Positions 21,548 to 31,297 of a stretch of DNA of 64,000 bases are shown in pieces; position 1 is the first letter of the stretch, and each line of letters opens with the position of its first letter. The notes under the pieces are model-generated. The model had not been told where the DNA came from and did not search any database. It worked only from the letters and a program-made list of their open reading frames with translations. The stretch is from an uncultured Gemmataceae bacterium (lineage in GTDB: Bacteria > Planctomycetota > Planctomycetia > Gemmatales > Gemmataceae). Location of the stretch: contig CAVVPN010000003.1 in the NCBI GenBank assembly GCA_963750165.1, positions 1,056,001 to 1,120,000 of the forward strand. The letters are read 5' to 3'. Both the position numbers and the translations under genes were made by a program.

Positions 21548-22231
21548 ATGCCTTCGCCGTTCCCTGGCATGGACCCGTTCCTGGAATCGAACCCGATTTT
21601 CCAGGAACTGCACACGCAGATGCTCGCGGAGATGCAGGCGCTGCTGCAACCGCAGCTGCGGCCGAAGTACGTCGTGCGCCTGCAGGCAGACGAGCTGGAA
21701 CTGCGCAAGCAGCGCCGCATTGTCATCTATGTGCAGCAGCGCCCGCGCCTGGCCGTCACGGGCATCGAACTGCTCAGCCCCGGCAACAAGCAGGCGGGCG
21801 CCATCGCCCAGGAACGCTACCTGGAGAAACGGGCCTCGGCCCTGCACGGCGGTCTGCACTGGGTCGAGATCGACCTGCTGCGCGGCGGCGTGCAGCCGCC
21901 GATCCCGATCCCCCTACCTGCAGGGACTGACTACCTCAGCTACGTGGCGCAAGCGACGCCGACAGGCTGGAACCACCTGATTTATTCCTGGGCGCTGCAT
22001 GACCCGCTGCCGCTGCTGCCGATCCCGCTGCTCGGCGCGGACCAGGCGCAACTCGACCTCGGCCGGTGCTTCACCGCGGCCTACGACCGGATCGCGGCGG
22101 ATGACGAGGTCGATTACACCGCCGCACCACCGCCGCCACCGCTCGGCAAGGGCCAGGCTACCTGGGCGAGCCGGTTACTGCACGAGCGCGGACTGCGCAA
22201 ACGACGGCGCCGCGGTGGATCGGGAAACTGA
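21548..22231 (+). CDS. DUF4058 family protein
   Basis: MPSPFPGMDPFLE, IELLSPGNK, HWVEIDLLRGG and LPIPL. Confidence 0.9.
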   Translation: MPSPFPGMDPFLESNPIFQELHTQMLAEMQALLQPQLRPKYVVRLQADELELRKQRRIVIYVQQRPRLAVTGIELLSPGNKQAGAIAQERYLEKRASALHGGLHWVEIDLLRGGVQPPIPIPLPAGTDYLSYVAQATPTGWNHLIYSWALHDPLPLLPIPLLGADQAQLDLGRCFTAAYDRIAADDEVDYTAAPPPPPLGKGQATWASRLLHERGLRKRRRRGGSGN

Positions 22232-22232
22232 T

Positions 22233-22500
22233 TCAGTCCCCAACCGGCCAGCGCCGCAGCGCCGCCTGCGCTTCGCGCGTCAGCCGAACACCGGGCGCCC
22301 CGTCCGCGAGCGCTTGCAACAGGCGCCGCGCCTCGGGACTGCCGTGATTCTCCAGCGCTTCCACGGCACGCAGTTCGCGCAGCGCGTCGGGGGTGAGCGA
22401 AGCAACCCGCTGAAGGAGTCCTTCCAGTCGGCGCCGTTGCTCCAGGGAACGCGCGGCTTGCAGCGCCTGCTCCAGCGCCGGCCGCACCACGTCACTGAGG
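22233..22500 (-). pseudogene. Orphan C-terminal fragment of a Gemmataceae-type WD40/HEAT protein
   Basis: LRELRAVEALE..GSPEARRLLQALADGAPG.RLTREAQAALRR; no convincing upstream coding region. Confidence 0.55.
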
Positions 22501-22636
22501 GCGGCCGGTTGCGTGGCCGCGCCTTTACGGGACGACACACGCCTCATTCCTTGCAGAAGGGTGCCCGGCCGCTGATTGCCGCACTGGCGGCGTGGCCCGG
22601 AGTGGTCACGGCGGGACATGCGCTGACGCGGGGGTA

Positions 22637-22680
22637 CACAGCAAGGGGGCCAAGACTGCCAAGAGGGCCAACTTTTTCAC
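22637..22680 (+). repeat. 44-bp 9-periodic motif, copy 1 (copy 2 at 60407-60450, minus strand)
   Basis: cacagcaag-ggg-gccaag-act-gccaag-agg-gccaactttttcac. Confidence 0.75.
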
Positions 22681-22741
22681 GAGCCGGGTTCCTGGCCCCG
22701 TCCACGAATTGCTTGCAGAGAATGACACAACCCTTTCCCGT

Positions 22742-23195
22742 TCACCAGTAGGTGTATCGAATCGTCTCCCGCTTGCGCGGCCCCTGGATGGACCACGCGA
22801 CAACCAGTTGCCCGCCCTCGACCGCCAGTGATGCTGTGTAGCAGTCTTCCCGACACTGATGCGGGCTGACCTCCCGCCACTCTCCGCCCTCGCGTGGGGC
22901 CATGTCGAACAGCAAGACCGGGTGATCCGGGCCGAAGCGCAGGTGCTCCAGCCGGAGCGCCTCACCGACCACCGACCACCGGAACACGTTGCTGAAACCG
23001 AGCGCTGGCCGGCCGGGCGCGCTCGGCTGCCACGTGCCCGCCTCCTCGAATACGACTACCCCCGGCTGCCGGCTCGGACACGGCTACTGTCCCAGTCCCG
23101 ATGCCGTCCCAGCCCGTCCCCGCGCCGCTTCGGGCATCGAAGCGCAACGACCGCACCCGCCGCAAAAAGGACCACAACTCAGCCAATGATGTCAT
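22742..23195 (-). CDS. DUF6314-like protein; frameshift near 23060
   Basis: GWDGIGTGTVAV..., VFEEAGTW, FSNVFRW, LEHLRFG..PVLLF and HQCREDCY. Confidence 0.7.
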
Positions 23196-23253
23196 CCGCT
23201 GTATGTCCTTCTTCGCTGGACGCAACAGCAGGAAGAGGAAACCTGTGGTTGGC

Positions 23254-23279
23254 GGGGCACGGTCTCCCGACCGTGCCCC
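23254..23279. repeat. Short REP-like hairpin
   Basis: ggggcacggtc-tccc-gaccgtgcccc, close to the RNA ligase stop codon. Confidence 0.6.
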
Positions 23280-23287
23280 AACGGAGG

Positions 23288-23944
23288 CTATTCCCAATAC
23301 TCTTCCCACCGCTCCGCGAATGCCTGCTTCAGTCGTTCCCTGTAGGCGTAGGTCTTGATCTTGACCATCCACACGTCCGCGCCACCCGAGCCGCCCTTGC
23401 AGACCACCCCTTCCGACACGCCGTACTTGCCGGCCCGGACGTCCTCGGTGAACTTCCCCGTCAACTTGCCCTCGTACACCACCCGCGCCGTGTGCAGGTG
23501 CGCGAAGTCGGACACGAACTGACGCGGGCCGATCATCCCCAGGGGGTCCGCCTGCACGTCGAACAGCCGCAGTTCTTTCGGGTCGTCCTCCTTGTGCAGC
23601 CCTGCGAACGAGTTCGGCCCCAGGAACTCGGTGAACACCTTGAGCGCCGGGAACTCGCGGTAGTCCGGGTGCCCGCGGAAGACCTTCTCCAGGCCCTCGG
23701 CCAGCGTTCGTTGAAAAACATCAACGCACTCCCGCAGGTGGGCGTGCCGGCGCGCGAACTCTTCCACCCCGGCCTCCGTCAGATTGAATTCGTCGCGCCG
23801 GGTGCCGAAGGCGTGCCAGCCGAAGTCGCGGTCCCAGTCCCAGTGGAGGTTCGTGCCGTCGTACTTCTCGAAGGCAACACAGCGGCCCGCGGGGGCGTAC
23901 CGGCTACCTGGGATTTTCGGGTAGTGCAACACCAATGACCTCAA
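23288..23944 (-). CDS. RNA ligase family protein (Rnl2-like adenylation domain)
   Basis: YPKI, motif I EKYDGTN, motif III-like FTEF, LFDV, motif IV EGVV and KIK. Confidence 0.75.
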   Translation of the reverse strand: MRSLVLHYPKIPGSRYAPAGRCVAFEKYDGTNLHWDWDRDFGWHAFGTRRDEFNLTEAGVEEFARRHAHLRECVDVFQRTLAEGLEKVFRGHPDYREFPALKVFTEFLGPNSFAGLHKEDDPKELRLFDVQADPLGMIGPRQFVSDFAHLHTARVVYEGKLTGKFTEDVRAGKYGVSEGVVCKGGSGGADVWMVKIKTYAYRERLKQAFAERWEEYWE

Positions 23945-23960
23945 ACGTCTGTCCCATGCC

Positions 23961-24665
23961 TCATGCCCGCGCCGCCGTCAGCACCGCGTCCAAATCCTGC
24001 GACTCCGCGTGCCGCCACGCCTCCTCGGTGCCGATCGGCAGCCAGAAGTCCGCGCGCACCACCGCCACCGGCCGCCGCAGCGCCAGCTGGTTCACGTAGT
24101 CCGTGATCTCGTACTCGCCGCGCGGCGACAGCCCGATCTCGATGTCGAACACCTCCCGCGGGAACACATACGCCCCGGTGTTGGCCAGCTGCGGCGGCGG
24201 CAAATCCTGCGGCTTCTCCACCAGCTTCTCCAGCGTGCCGTCCGCCTTCAGGTACGCGATGCCGAAGCGGCGCGGTTCATCGACCTCGCGGGCCAGAAGG
24301 CCGGCCGGCTTCTCCGCCAGCGCCCGCAGGTCCGCCGCCCCGAACAGGTCGTCGCCGTTGAGCACCAGGAAGTGATCGGACTTCAGGTAAGCCTGGCACT
24401 GCCGCAGTGCGTCGCCGGTGCCGCGCGGCTGCTGTTGCGGCACCGCGGCCCAGTCGCGGAAGTGCGGTTGGCCGCGCAAATACTGCTCGACCTGCTCGGC
24501 CAGGTAATGCACGACCACGACCACGCGCGTCACCGCCGTGGGCAGCGCCCCCAGCGTCCAGTCGAGGATGGGCCGGCCGCGCACCGGCAACAGAGGCTTC
24601 GGCGTCGTCAGCGTGTGCGGGCGCAACCGCGTCCCCAACCCGGCCGCCAGGATGACCGCTTCCAT
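23961..24665 (-). CDS. Sugar-phosphate nucleotidyltransferase
   Basis: AVILAAGLGTRLRP.T...PKPLL, GTGDA, LNGDD, VEKP and SPRGEYEITD. Confidence 0.9.
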   Translation of the reverse strand: MEAVILAAGLGTRLRPHTLTTPKPLLPVRGRPILDWTLGALPTAVTRVVVVVHYLAEQVEQYLRGQPHFRDWAAVPQQQPRGTGDALRQCQAYLKSDHFLVLNGDDLFGAADLRALAEKPAGLLAREVDEPRRFGIAYLKADGTLEKLVEKPQDLPPPQLANTGAYVFPREVFDIEIGLSPRGEYEITDYVNQLALRRPVAVVRADFWLPIGTEEAWRHAESQDLDAVLTAARA

Positions 24666-24875
24666 TCCCCGTGTCCTCAAACTTGACTCAGTTGTTGTCC
24701 TTACCACCGCGGGCAATTAACGCTCAAGACGCCCGCCTTGCATCGTCGAATATACCAGTGCGATCATCACCCGTCGTCCCACCCGCGCCACACAACCCCG
24801 CCGCCGCCGGCGCCAGGGCCCGCCTCCCGCGGTGCGCCGCCCCGGTCGCGCTGGCCAACGAAAGAAAGGAAACCC

Positions 24876-25208
24876 ATGCGCCGTTGCCTGTTTTCCCTGC
24901 TGTCCGTCACCCTCCTGGTTTCGCTGTTCGGCTGCTCCAGCGGTGGCAGCTGCCACTGGGCAGGCGTCTGCGACTGCCAGATCGGCACCGACTGGTGCTG
25001 CTACCCGCCCTACCAGGGCAACATCAAACCGGTGGTGCCCGTGGGTGCCATCGTTCCGGTCGGCCCAGGCGGCCCCATCGTGCCCGTGCCGATTTCCAAC
25101 GGCCCTGTGCCGGTCGCCCCGATGCCCGCCAAAGTCATGCCCGACGTGCCGAGCAAAGAGCCGCCGGTCAAGCAAATCCCCGGTAAGCAGTTGCCGCCGA
25201 TTCAGTAA
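24876..25208 (+). CDS. Small Cys-rich, Pro-rich putative lipoprotein
   Basis: RBS aaagga, signal peptide ending LFGC, then CHWAGVCDC..WCC and a Pro-rich tail. Confidence 0.6.
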   Translation: MRRCLFSLLSVTLLVSLFGCSSGGSCHWAGVCDCQIGTDWCCYPPYQGNIKPVVPVGAIVPVGPGGPIVPVPISNGPVPVAPMPAKVMPDVPSKEPPVKQIPGKQLPPIQ

Positions 25209-25227
25209 TCGGTTCGACCCGTCTGAC

Positions 25228-25273
25228 CCGCCGCAAGCGGCGTAGCGCTCTGCCGCTACGCCACTTGCGGCGG
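25228..25273. repeat. REP-like hairpin between convergent genes
   Basis: ccgccgcaagcggcgtagcg ... cgctacgccacttgcggcgg (one mismatch). Confidence 0.7.
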
Positions 25274-25310
25274 TCACGGGAATCCCGCCGCCAAACCAAC
25301 CCGCCGCGCG

Positions 25311-26507
25311 CTAACCGTTGGGTTCCTCGGCCGCGCCCGCCAGCAACTCGACGATCACCGCGTCCGCCACGCACTTGCCCGCCCGCGTCAGCCGCACCGC
25401 GGCACTGTCGTCGGCCAGCAGCCCCAGCCCGGTCAGCTGCCGCACCTTTTCCCCAACCAGCACGTCCAGGTCGAACCCCGTTTGCGCCTGAAACGCCCGC
25501 CGTTCCACCCCCGCCGACCGCCGCAACTGCACGCTCACCGTCTCCAGTGCCCGCTCGTGCGGCGCCAGTTCCTCGCTCTGAAAGGTCGCCGGCTGTCCCG
25601 CCAGCGTGGCGCTCAGGTAGTGGTGCAGGTCGCGCGTGTTGAGTTCGCGGCGGCCGCGGACGTAGCGGGCCGCGCCCAGTCCGAAGCCGAAATACGCTTC
25701 GTTGGCCCAGTACACTTGATTGTGCCGGCTGCGGCAGCCCGGCCGCGCGAAGTTGGAAATCTCGTAGTGCTCCAGGCCCGCCGCCGCCAGTTCTTCCATT
25801 GCCGTCTCGTACAGCGCACGCTCGGCCTCCTCGTCCAGCGCCGTCACCTGCCGCGCCCGCCGCTGCTTCCACAACCGCGTGCCCTTCTCGTAGGTCAGAC
25901 CGTAGGTGGACAGGTGATCGACGCCCAGCGCCAGCGCCTGCCGCAGATCGTCGCGCCACATTGCTACCGTCTGACCCGGGGCGCCAAAAATCAGGTCCAG
26001 CGACACCCGGGCGATGCGCCGCCGCACTTCGGCGACGGCACGCGGCACCTCCGCGGGCGTGTGCTGCCGCTCCAGCACGCGCAGCAGCGTGCTCTGGAAC
26101 GACTGAGCGCCGAGGCTGACGCGATTGACGCCGTGGTCCGCGAGCAGGGCGATCTTGTCCGCGCCCAGGCTGTCGGGGTTGGCCTCGATGCTGAACTCGC
26201 CGTCCGGTTCCAGCGACAGCCAGCGGCGTAGCAGACCGAGCAGTTTTTCCAGTTGCGGCACCGTGAGGTGGCTGGGGGTGCCACCGCCAAGGAACAGCGT
26301 GCGTACCGGCTGCGGTTCGCCCAGCGTCGCCAGTTCACAGGCCAGCGCGTCGAGGTAACGGTCGGCGAGGTGGTCCTGGCCGACCGCGACGGCGAAGTCG
26401 CAGTAGCCGCAATGGTGAGCGCAGAAGGGGATGTGGACGTAGGCGGCGCGCGGCCAGAGCCAGGGTGGGGCGTCCGCGGCGACCGGCAGGGGTGGCGTGC
26501 GCGTCAT
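25311..26507 (-). CDS. hemW: Radical SAM heme chaperone HemW
   Basis: YVHIPFCAHHCGYCDF, GGGTPS, IEANP, NRVSLGAQSF, HYEISNFA, HNQVYW and GFGLGA. Confidence 0.9.
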   Translation of the reverse strand: MTRTPPLPVAADAPPWLWPRAAYVHIPFCAHHCGYCDFAVAVGQDHLADRYLDALACELATLGEPQPVRTLFLGGGTPSHLTVPQLEKLLGLLRRWLSLEPDGEFSIEANPDSLGADKIALLADHGVNRVSLGAQSFQSTLLRVLERQHTPAEVPRAVAEVRRRIARVSLDLIFGAPGQTVAMWRDDLRQALALGVDHLSTYGLTYEKGTRLWKQRRARQVTALDEEAERALYETAMEELAAAGLEHYEISNFARPGCRSRHNQVYWANEAYFGFGLGAARYVRGRRELNTRDLHHYLSATLAGQPATFQSEELAPHERALETVSVQLRRSAGVERRAFQAQTGFDLDVLVGEKVRQLTGLGLLADDSAAVRLTRAGKCVADAVIVELLAGAAEEPNG

Positions 26508-26658
26508 GCCTTCACTATACAGGGCCGCACGGACGGCCGGCGCCGCGGCGGCGGGAAATTGGCTCGGCCGGAAGATTTTGCGATACGCCGGGCCACTGAC
26601 GTGGTTTAATGTCACGGATTCGTATCTTCCCGTAACGCCATCCGTGGAGCTAACTCCC

Positions 26659-28519
26659 ATGAGACGGAGTGTCCGCCTTCCCCTGGGCGCCGTCGCCCTG
26701 GTTGTCTTCCTTTGCGGCCTGTCCGCGGCCCAGCAGTCCGACCTGTCGGAGTATCGCACCCCTGAAAAGGCCATTGCCGCGAAGATCGAAAAAACGGCCG
26801 GCACGCCGCTGGCCGTGCGGCCGTTCCTGGGCGTGCAGGCGGCGCCCGACGCCAACGGCTGGCTGGTGGTCCGCGAGGTGGCAGCCGACTCCCCCGCCGC
26901 GAAGGCCGGCGTCCGCCCCGGCGATCAACTGTTGCTGGCCGACGGCTTCAGCCCGCGCGACGATGCCGACCTGGCCGAGGCGCTGGGCCGCAAGTTCCCC
27001 GGCGAAGCGGTGCGGCTCGTGCTGTCGCGGCAGGGCAAACGCCTGGACCTGAGCGTGAAGTTGACGGCGCTGAGCAGGCCGCGCATTCAGGGCAAGCCGC
27101 AGGCGAATCTGGGCGTGCGCGTGGTCCGGCGCCGGTCGGTGACGGTGTGACCATCGAGCGCATCACCCCCGGTTCGGCCGCCGAGAAGGCCGACCTCAAG
27201 GTCGGCGACCTCATCCTCAAGGCCGAGAATTTCGTGTTGAACGCGCCGGAGCAACTGCGCGAACTGGTGGCCACCCGGAAGCCCGGCGACACCCTGACCC
27301 TGACGCTGTTCGCGCCAGATCGGCCCATTGAGCGCAAGGTCATCCTCGGCGCCGAGGTGGTCGCTGGTCCGCCGCAGGGCTTCGGCGGCAAGAAAAAGGG
27401 CGGCGGGTTCGACTTCCGCAACAACAAGTACTGGACCGCAGGCGCCTATCGCCTGGGCATCATCCTGGTCGAGTACCCCGACGAGAAGCACAACGCCGTC
27501 ATCACGCCGAAGGCCTGGGAAGAGTCGATGTTCGGCCGCGGCACCTACACCAAGACCAGCGTGACCGGGCAACAGGTTTTCGGCAGCATGTACGACCACT
27601 ACCTGGAGCAGTCCTACGGCAAGCTGAAGATCGAGGGCAAAGCGTTCGACTATGTGCAGGTGAGCAAGAAGCGCGGCGAGTACGCCACCAGCCGAAGTGG
27701 CGGCAGCTACACCCTGCTGACGGAGGCGATGGACCTGGTCGTCAAGCGCGACGGCAAGGATGCCTTCAAGGGGCTGGACGGCGTGTTCTTCGTGTACGCG
27801 GGCGCCCGCTACAATTCGCCGCGCGGCAGCCTGTACTGGCCGCACCGCAGCAGCGTGTCATACGGCGGCAAGCGTTGGCCGTACTTCATCTGCGAGGAGC
27901 AGTCGCGCGGCAACAAGAACATGAACAACATCAGCGTCTTCAGCCACGAGTTCGGCCACATGCTCGGGCTGCCGGACCTGTACGCCCGGCCGGAGAACCC
28001 CGGCATGGAGGGCGTCGGCGTCTGGTGCCTGATGGCCAATCAGACGCCGGGCGGCCGGCCGCAGCACATGTGCGCCTGGTCCAAGGAAAAGCTCGGCTGG
28101 ATTCAGCCCACGATCATCGACCCGACCGTCCAGCAGAAGCTGGTCCTTGCCCCGATCGAGGACTCGCCGAAGAACTGCTTCAAGGTGCTGGTGCGCCGCG
28201 ATGGCAGCGAATATCTGCTGCTGGAGAACCGGGCCAGGAAGGGCTTTGACAAGGCGCTGCCGGCGGAGGGGCTGCTGATCTGCGCGTGGCCAACAACCGA
28301 CCGGTGCTGGAGGAGTCGCACGGCGTGCTCGGACCGCAGGGGCCGAACGTCTTCCGTGAGTCGGTGCCGTACCCCAGCGCCGCCAATGATGCGTTCACGC
28401 CGTACACGGTGCCGTCCAGCCAGTCGAAGCTCGGCGGCGGCCTGCCGGTGCATCTCACCAACATCCGCCGCCTGCCCGACGGGCGCGTCACGTTCCACAT
28501 TGGGTACGAGTACCAGTAA
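26659..28519 (+). CDS. Secreted M6-family metalloprotease with two PDZ domains; frameshifts near 27125 and 28282
   Basis: Signal peptide, PDZ motifs (FLGV..DSPAAKAGVRPGD; GSAAEKADLKVGD), HEFGHMLGLPDLY, WCLM and LLENR. Confidence 0.88.
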
Positions 28520-28528
28520 CCATCAATT

Positions 28529-28607
28529 CAAATTGCAGATTGCAGATGGCAAATTGACAGAAAGGTGCTGTCTGTCAATTTGCCATCTGCAATTTGCCAT
28601 CTGCAAT
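28529..28607. repeat. Inverted repeat of heptamer units (TTGCAGA/TGGCAAA)
   Basis: attgcagatggcaaattgacaga and tctgtcaatttgccatctgcaat, plus extra units. Confidence 0.85.
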
Positions 28608-28623
28608 CGAACGAGAGGCCCTT

Positions 28624-30246
28624 ATGTTTCGTTCCCCTTTCCGCCCGCTGCTGCTCGTCGGCCCGCTGCTGGCGGCACTCAGCCTGTTTGCCACCGCGCA
28701 GGCGCCGCAGCGCCCCGACCTGAAGGATTATCGCACCGTCGCCACCGCCCGGACCACCACGATCAGCGGCGCTCCCGGCGGCCCCGGGCAGACCGGCTAC
28801 CTCGGCGTCGCCGTCGCGCGCAACGCTGAGGGCCGCCTCATCGTCGAGGACGTTTCCACCGACTCTCCGGCGGCGAAAGCTGGCCTGAAGAAGGGCGATG
28901 TCATCACCCGTGTCGGCGAGCACACCGTCAGCACACAGCAGGCGTTCCGCGAATGGCTGCAAACCTACAGCCCCGGCACCGCGGTCAAGTTCGCCGTCGT
29001 CCGCGACGGCCGGGCGACCGAGTTGACCGCGACGCTGGCCGCCACCAGCCGGCCCCTGACCTTCGCTGCCGGCAAGGGCGGTAAGGGCGGTAAAGGCGGT
29101 AAAGGCGGCAAGGGCGGCAAGGGGTTCAAGGGTGGCGGCTTCACGGCCCTGCCCCTGTGGACCAAACCCAGCCTGCGCCTGGCCGTGATCCGTGTCGAGT
29201 TCACCGACGTCAAGCACAACGCCAAGATCGCCACCCCGGACTGGGAAGCGGCGTTCTTCAGCAAGGGCGTCCACGTCAACAAGCAGAACGCTACCGGGCA
29301 GCAGGTTCACGGCAGTCTGAACGACTATTTCCTGGAGCAGTCCGCGGGCGGCTTCCATCTGGAGGGCAAGGTGTTTGAGTGGGTCAACGTCGGCAAGAAG
29401 CGCAGCGATTACATCCAGGGTTCGGGCACCGGCAACAAGACAGCGGTGCTGACCGACGCCCTCGCGAAGCTGACGGCCCGTGACGGCAAGGACGCTCTCA
29501 AGGACTTCGACGCCCTGGCGTTCGTCTACGCCGGCGAGCGCAGCGGCGGCAACCGCGGTCAGGTCTACTGGCCACACGCCGGCGGTCTGATCCAGGGCGA
29601 GAAGCGCTGGCCCTATCTCATCACCTACGAGGGCGGCTCACGGATGGCGCCGGTCAACCATTTCACCAAGCTGACCGCCCAGGTGCTGGGGCTGCCCGAC
29701 CTCGCGGCCCGGCCCGGCGACCCCGGTTCGCCGCCTGGACTCGGCGTCTGGTGCGCCCTGTCCGACCCCATCTCCGATGGCCGGCCGGCGCATCTGAGCG
29801 CCTGGGCCAAGCAAAAACTCGGCTGGGTGCAGCCCGCGACCATCGACCCCACCGTCAAGCAGAAACTGCTGCTATCGCCCATTGCGGATTCGCCGAAGGA
29901 GTGCTTCAAAATCCTCGTGCGGCCCAACGGCAGCGAATATTATCTGATCGAGAACCGCCGCAAGAAGGGCTTTGACTCAGACCTGCCGGGAGAGGGCCTG
30001 GTGATCTGGCGTGTGGTCGGCGACCGGCCGGCGTTGGTGGCGTCGCATGGCATCGAGGGGCCGTCGGCGGCGATGGTGTACCTTGGCGCGGTGCCGTACC
30101 CCAGCGAGGCCAACCACGCATTCACGCCAGACACGACGCCATCGAGTCGTTCGCCGCTGGGCGGCGGCCTGCCGGTGCATCTGACCGACATCCGCCGCCT
30201 GCCGGACGGTCGTATTGCGTTCAACATCGGCTACGAATATCGCTGA
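28624..30246 (+). CDS. PDZ plus M6-like paralog lacking the HExxH motif
   Basis: Collinear with the upstream protease (LGLPDL, IDPTV.QKL, LIENR, IGYEY), but NHFTKLTAQ replaces SVFSHEFGH; it has a GGK repeat linker. Confidence 0.85.
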   Translation: MFRSPFRPLLLVGPLLAALSLFATAQAPQRPDLKDYRTVATARTTTISGAPGGPGQTGYLGVAVARNAEGRLIVEDVSTDSPAAKAGLKKGDVITRVGEHTVSTQQAFREWLQTYSPGTAVKFAVVRDGRATELTATLAATSRPLTFAAGKGGKGGKGGKGGKGGKGFKGGGFTALPLWTKPSLRLAVIRVEFTDVKHNAKIATPDWEAAFFSKGVHVNKQNATGQQVHGSLNDYFLEQSAGGFHLEGKVFEWVNVGKKRSDYIQGSGTGNKTAVLTDALAKLTARDGKDALKDFDALAFVYAGERSGGNRGQVYWPHAGGLIQGEKRWPYLITYEGGSRMAPVNHFTKLTAQVLGLPDLAARPGDPGSPPGLGVWCALSDPISDGRPAHLSAWAKQKLGWVQPATIDPTVKQKLLLSPIADSPKECFKILVRPNGSEYYLIENRRKKGFDSDLPGEGLVIWRVVGDRPALVASHGIEGPSAAMVYLGAVPYPSEANHAFTPDTTPSSRSPLGGGLPVHLTDIRRLPDGRIAFNIGYEYR

Positions 30247-30266
30247 GGTTTTCGCCTTCCAAAAGG

Positions 30267-30314
30267 GGGAAACGAACCGGCCTGGGTGCAAGCGCCCAGG
30301 CCGGTTCGTTTCCC
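30267..30314 (+). terminator. Strong hairpin after the M6 pair
   Basis: gggaaacgaaccggcctggg and cccaggccggttcgtttccc, 20-bp arms. Confidence 0.55.
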
Positions 30315-30428
30315 AAGAAGGTCTGGTGAAGTAACTGAGAATCGGCTGGCTTTACTTGCGCAAACTGCTCTCAAGTTTGAACTTGAATCGACAGTAGCTG
30401 AAACAACGTCTTTTTTTCTTAAATTTGG

Positions 30429-30689
30429 ATGTCAGATGTAAACATTTCTAGAAATGTCTCTGTCGAACATGGTCAACCCTGGCAAACATCAGGAGGATAC
30501 GCAACCCATGCGCAAGGCAAGGCTGCTGGCCCTGCCTGTGACCCCCGGCTGCCGAACACCAGCACTTCCAGGGGATTACAAATCGCGCTGGCGGACGGCA
30601 GCGTCCGTATCCTGGACGCTGAAACGGACCAGAACGTTTTTTGGGGTATGGTGACGCCGAACGGCCGCGAAGTTATCTCATTTGAATGA
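30429..30689 (+). pseudogene. DUF1559 C-terminal fragment
   Basis: CDPRLPNT...LQIALADGSVRIL...FWGMVTPNGREVI with no prepilin N-terminus; AT-rich DNA upstream. Confidence 0.55.
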
Positions 30690-30704
30690 ACAGGCCACCG
30701 CCTG

Positions 30705-31286
30705 CTAGCCACCCTTGATCCGCCGCAGACTGTCCTTCGCATGGATGCGCAACATCGGCCGCCCATTGGCAGCGATCTCCTGCAGCGCCGGCACCGCCTC
30801 GCGGGCAGCGGCACCCATCCGGCCGAGCGCCACAATCACATGGGCCGCGTAACGGTTCTTCGGCGTCAGCTGCTTCACCAGTAGCGGCACCGCCTCCTTC
30901 GCGTCCGCGCCCAGGTGACCGAGCACGTCCACCGCCAACGGATACGCCGCGGCGGCGTTGGGATCGCTCGATGGCCCCGGCCCCTTCTTGACGACCGCCA
31001 GCACCTCCGGCAGCGCCGGACGCGCGTTCAAACCCATCTTTGTCAGGGCGCTGAGGGCGAACACGGGGTTGTGCTTGCCCTCCTTGAGGTAGCCGCGCAG
31101 GGCCGGCACCGCCCGCGAACCGATGCGGCCCAGTTCCGTCGCCGCCGCCCAGGCGTCGGCCGTATTGGTGCCGCCCGCTTGCAACTTCTTCAGTTGCGCC
31201 TGCACCGCCGCATCATCCTGAGCCCGCGCCGGCGCTGCCCCGCAGACCAGCGCCAGCGCCGCCACCATGAATGCATATGTTCTCAT
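30705..31286 (-). CDS. Secreted HEAT-repeat protein
   Basis: Signal peptide; repeated LG..G..A..AVP.L helices. Confidence 0.8.
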   Translation of the reverse strand: MRTYAFMVAALALVCGAAPARAQDDAAVQAQLKKLQAGGTNTADAWAAATELGRIGSRAVPALRGYLKEGKHNPVFALSALTKMGLNARPALPEVLAVVKKGPGPSSDPNAAAAYPLAVDVLGHLGADAKEAVPLLVKQLTPKNRYAAHVIVALGRMGAAAREAVPALQEIAANGRPMLRIHAKDSLRRIKGG

Positions 31287-31297
31287 GACCCGGCCTC

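Noticed and set aside
25311..26507. Radical SAM RiPP maturase acting on the Cys-rich peptide at 24876
   Set aside because: The protein has HemW motifs (YVHIPFC, HNxxYW), has no SPASM or RRE domain, and is convergent with the peptide gene.
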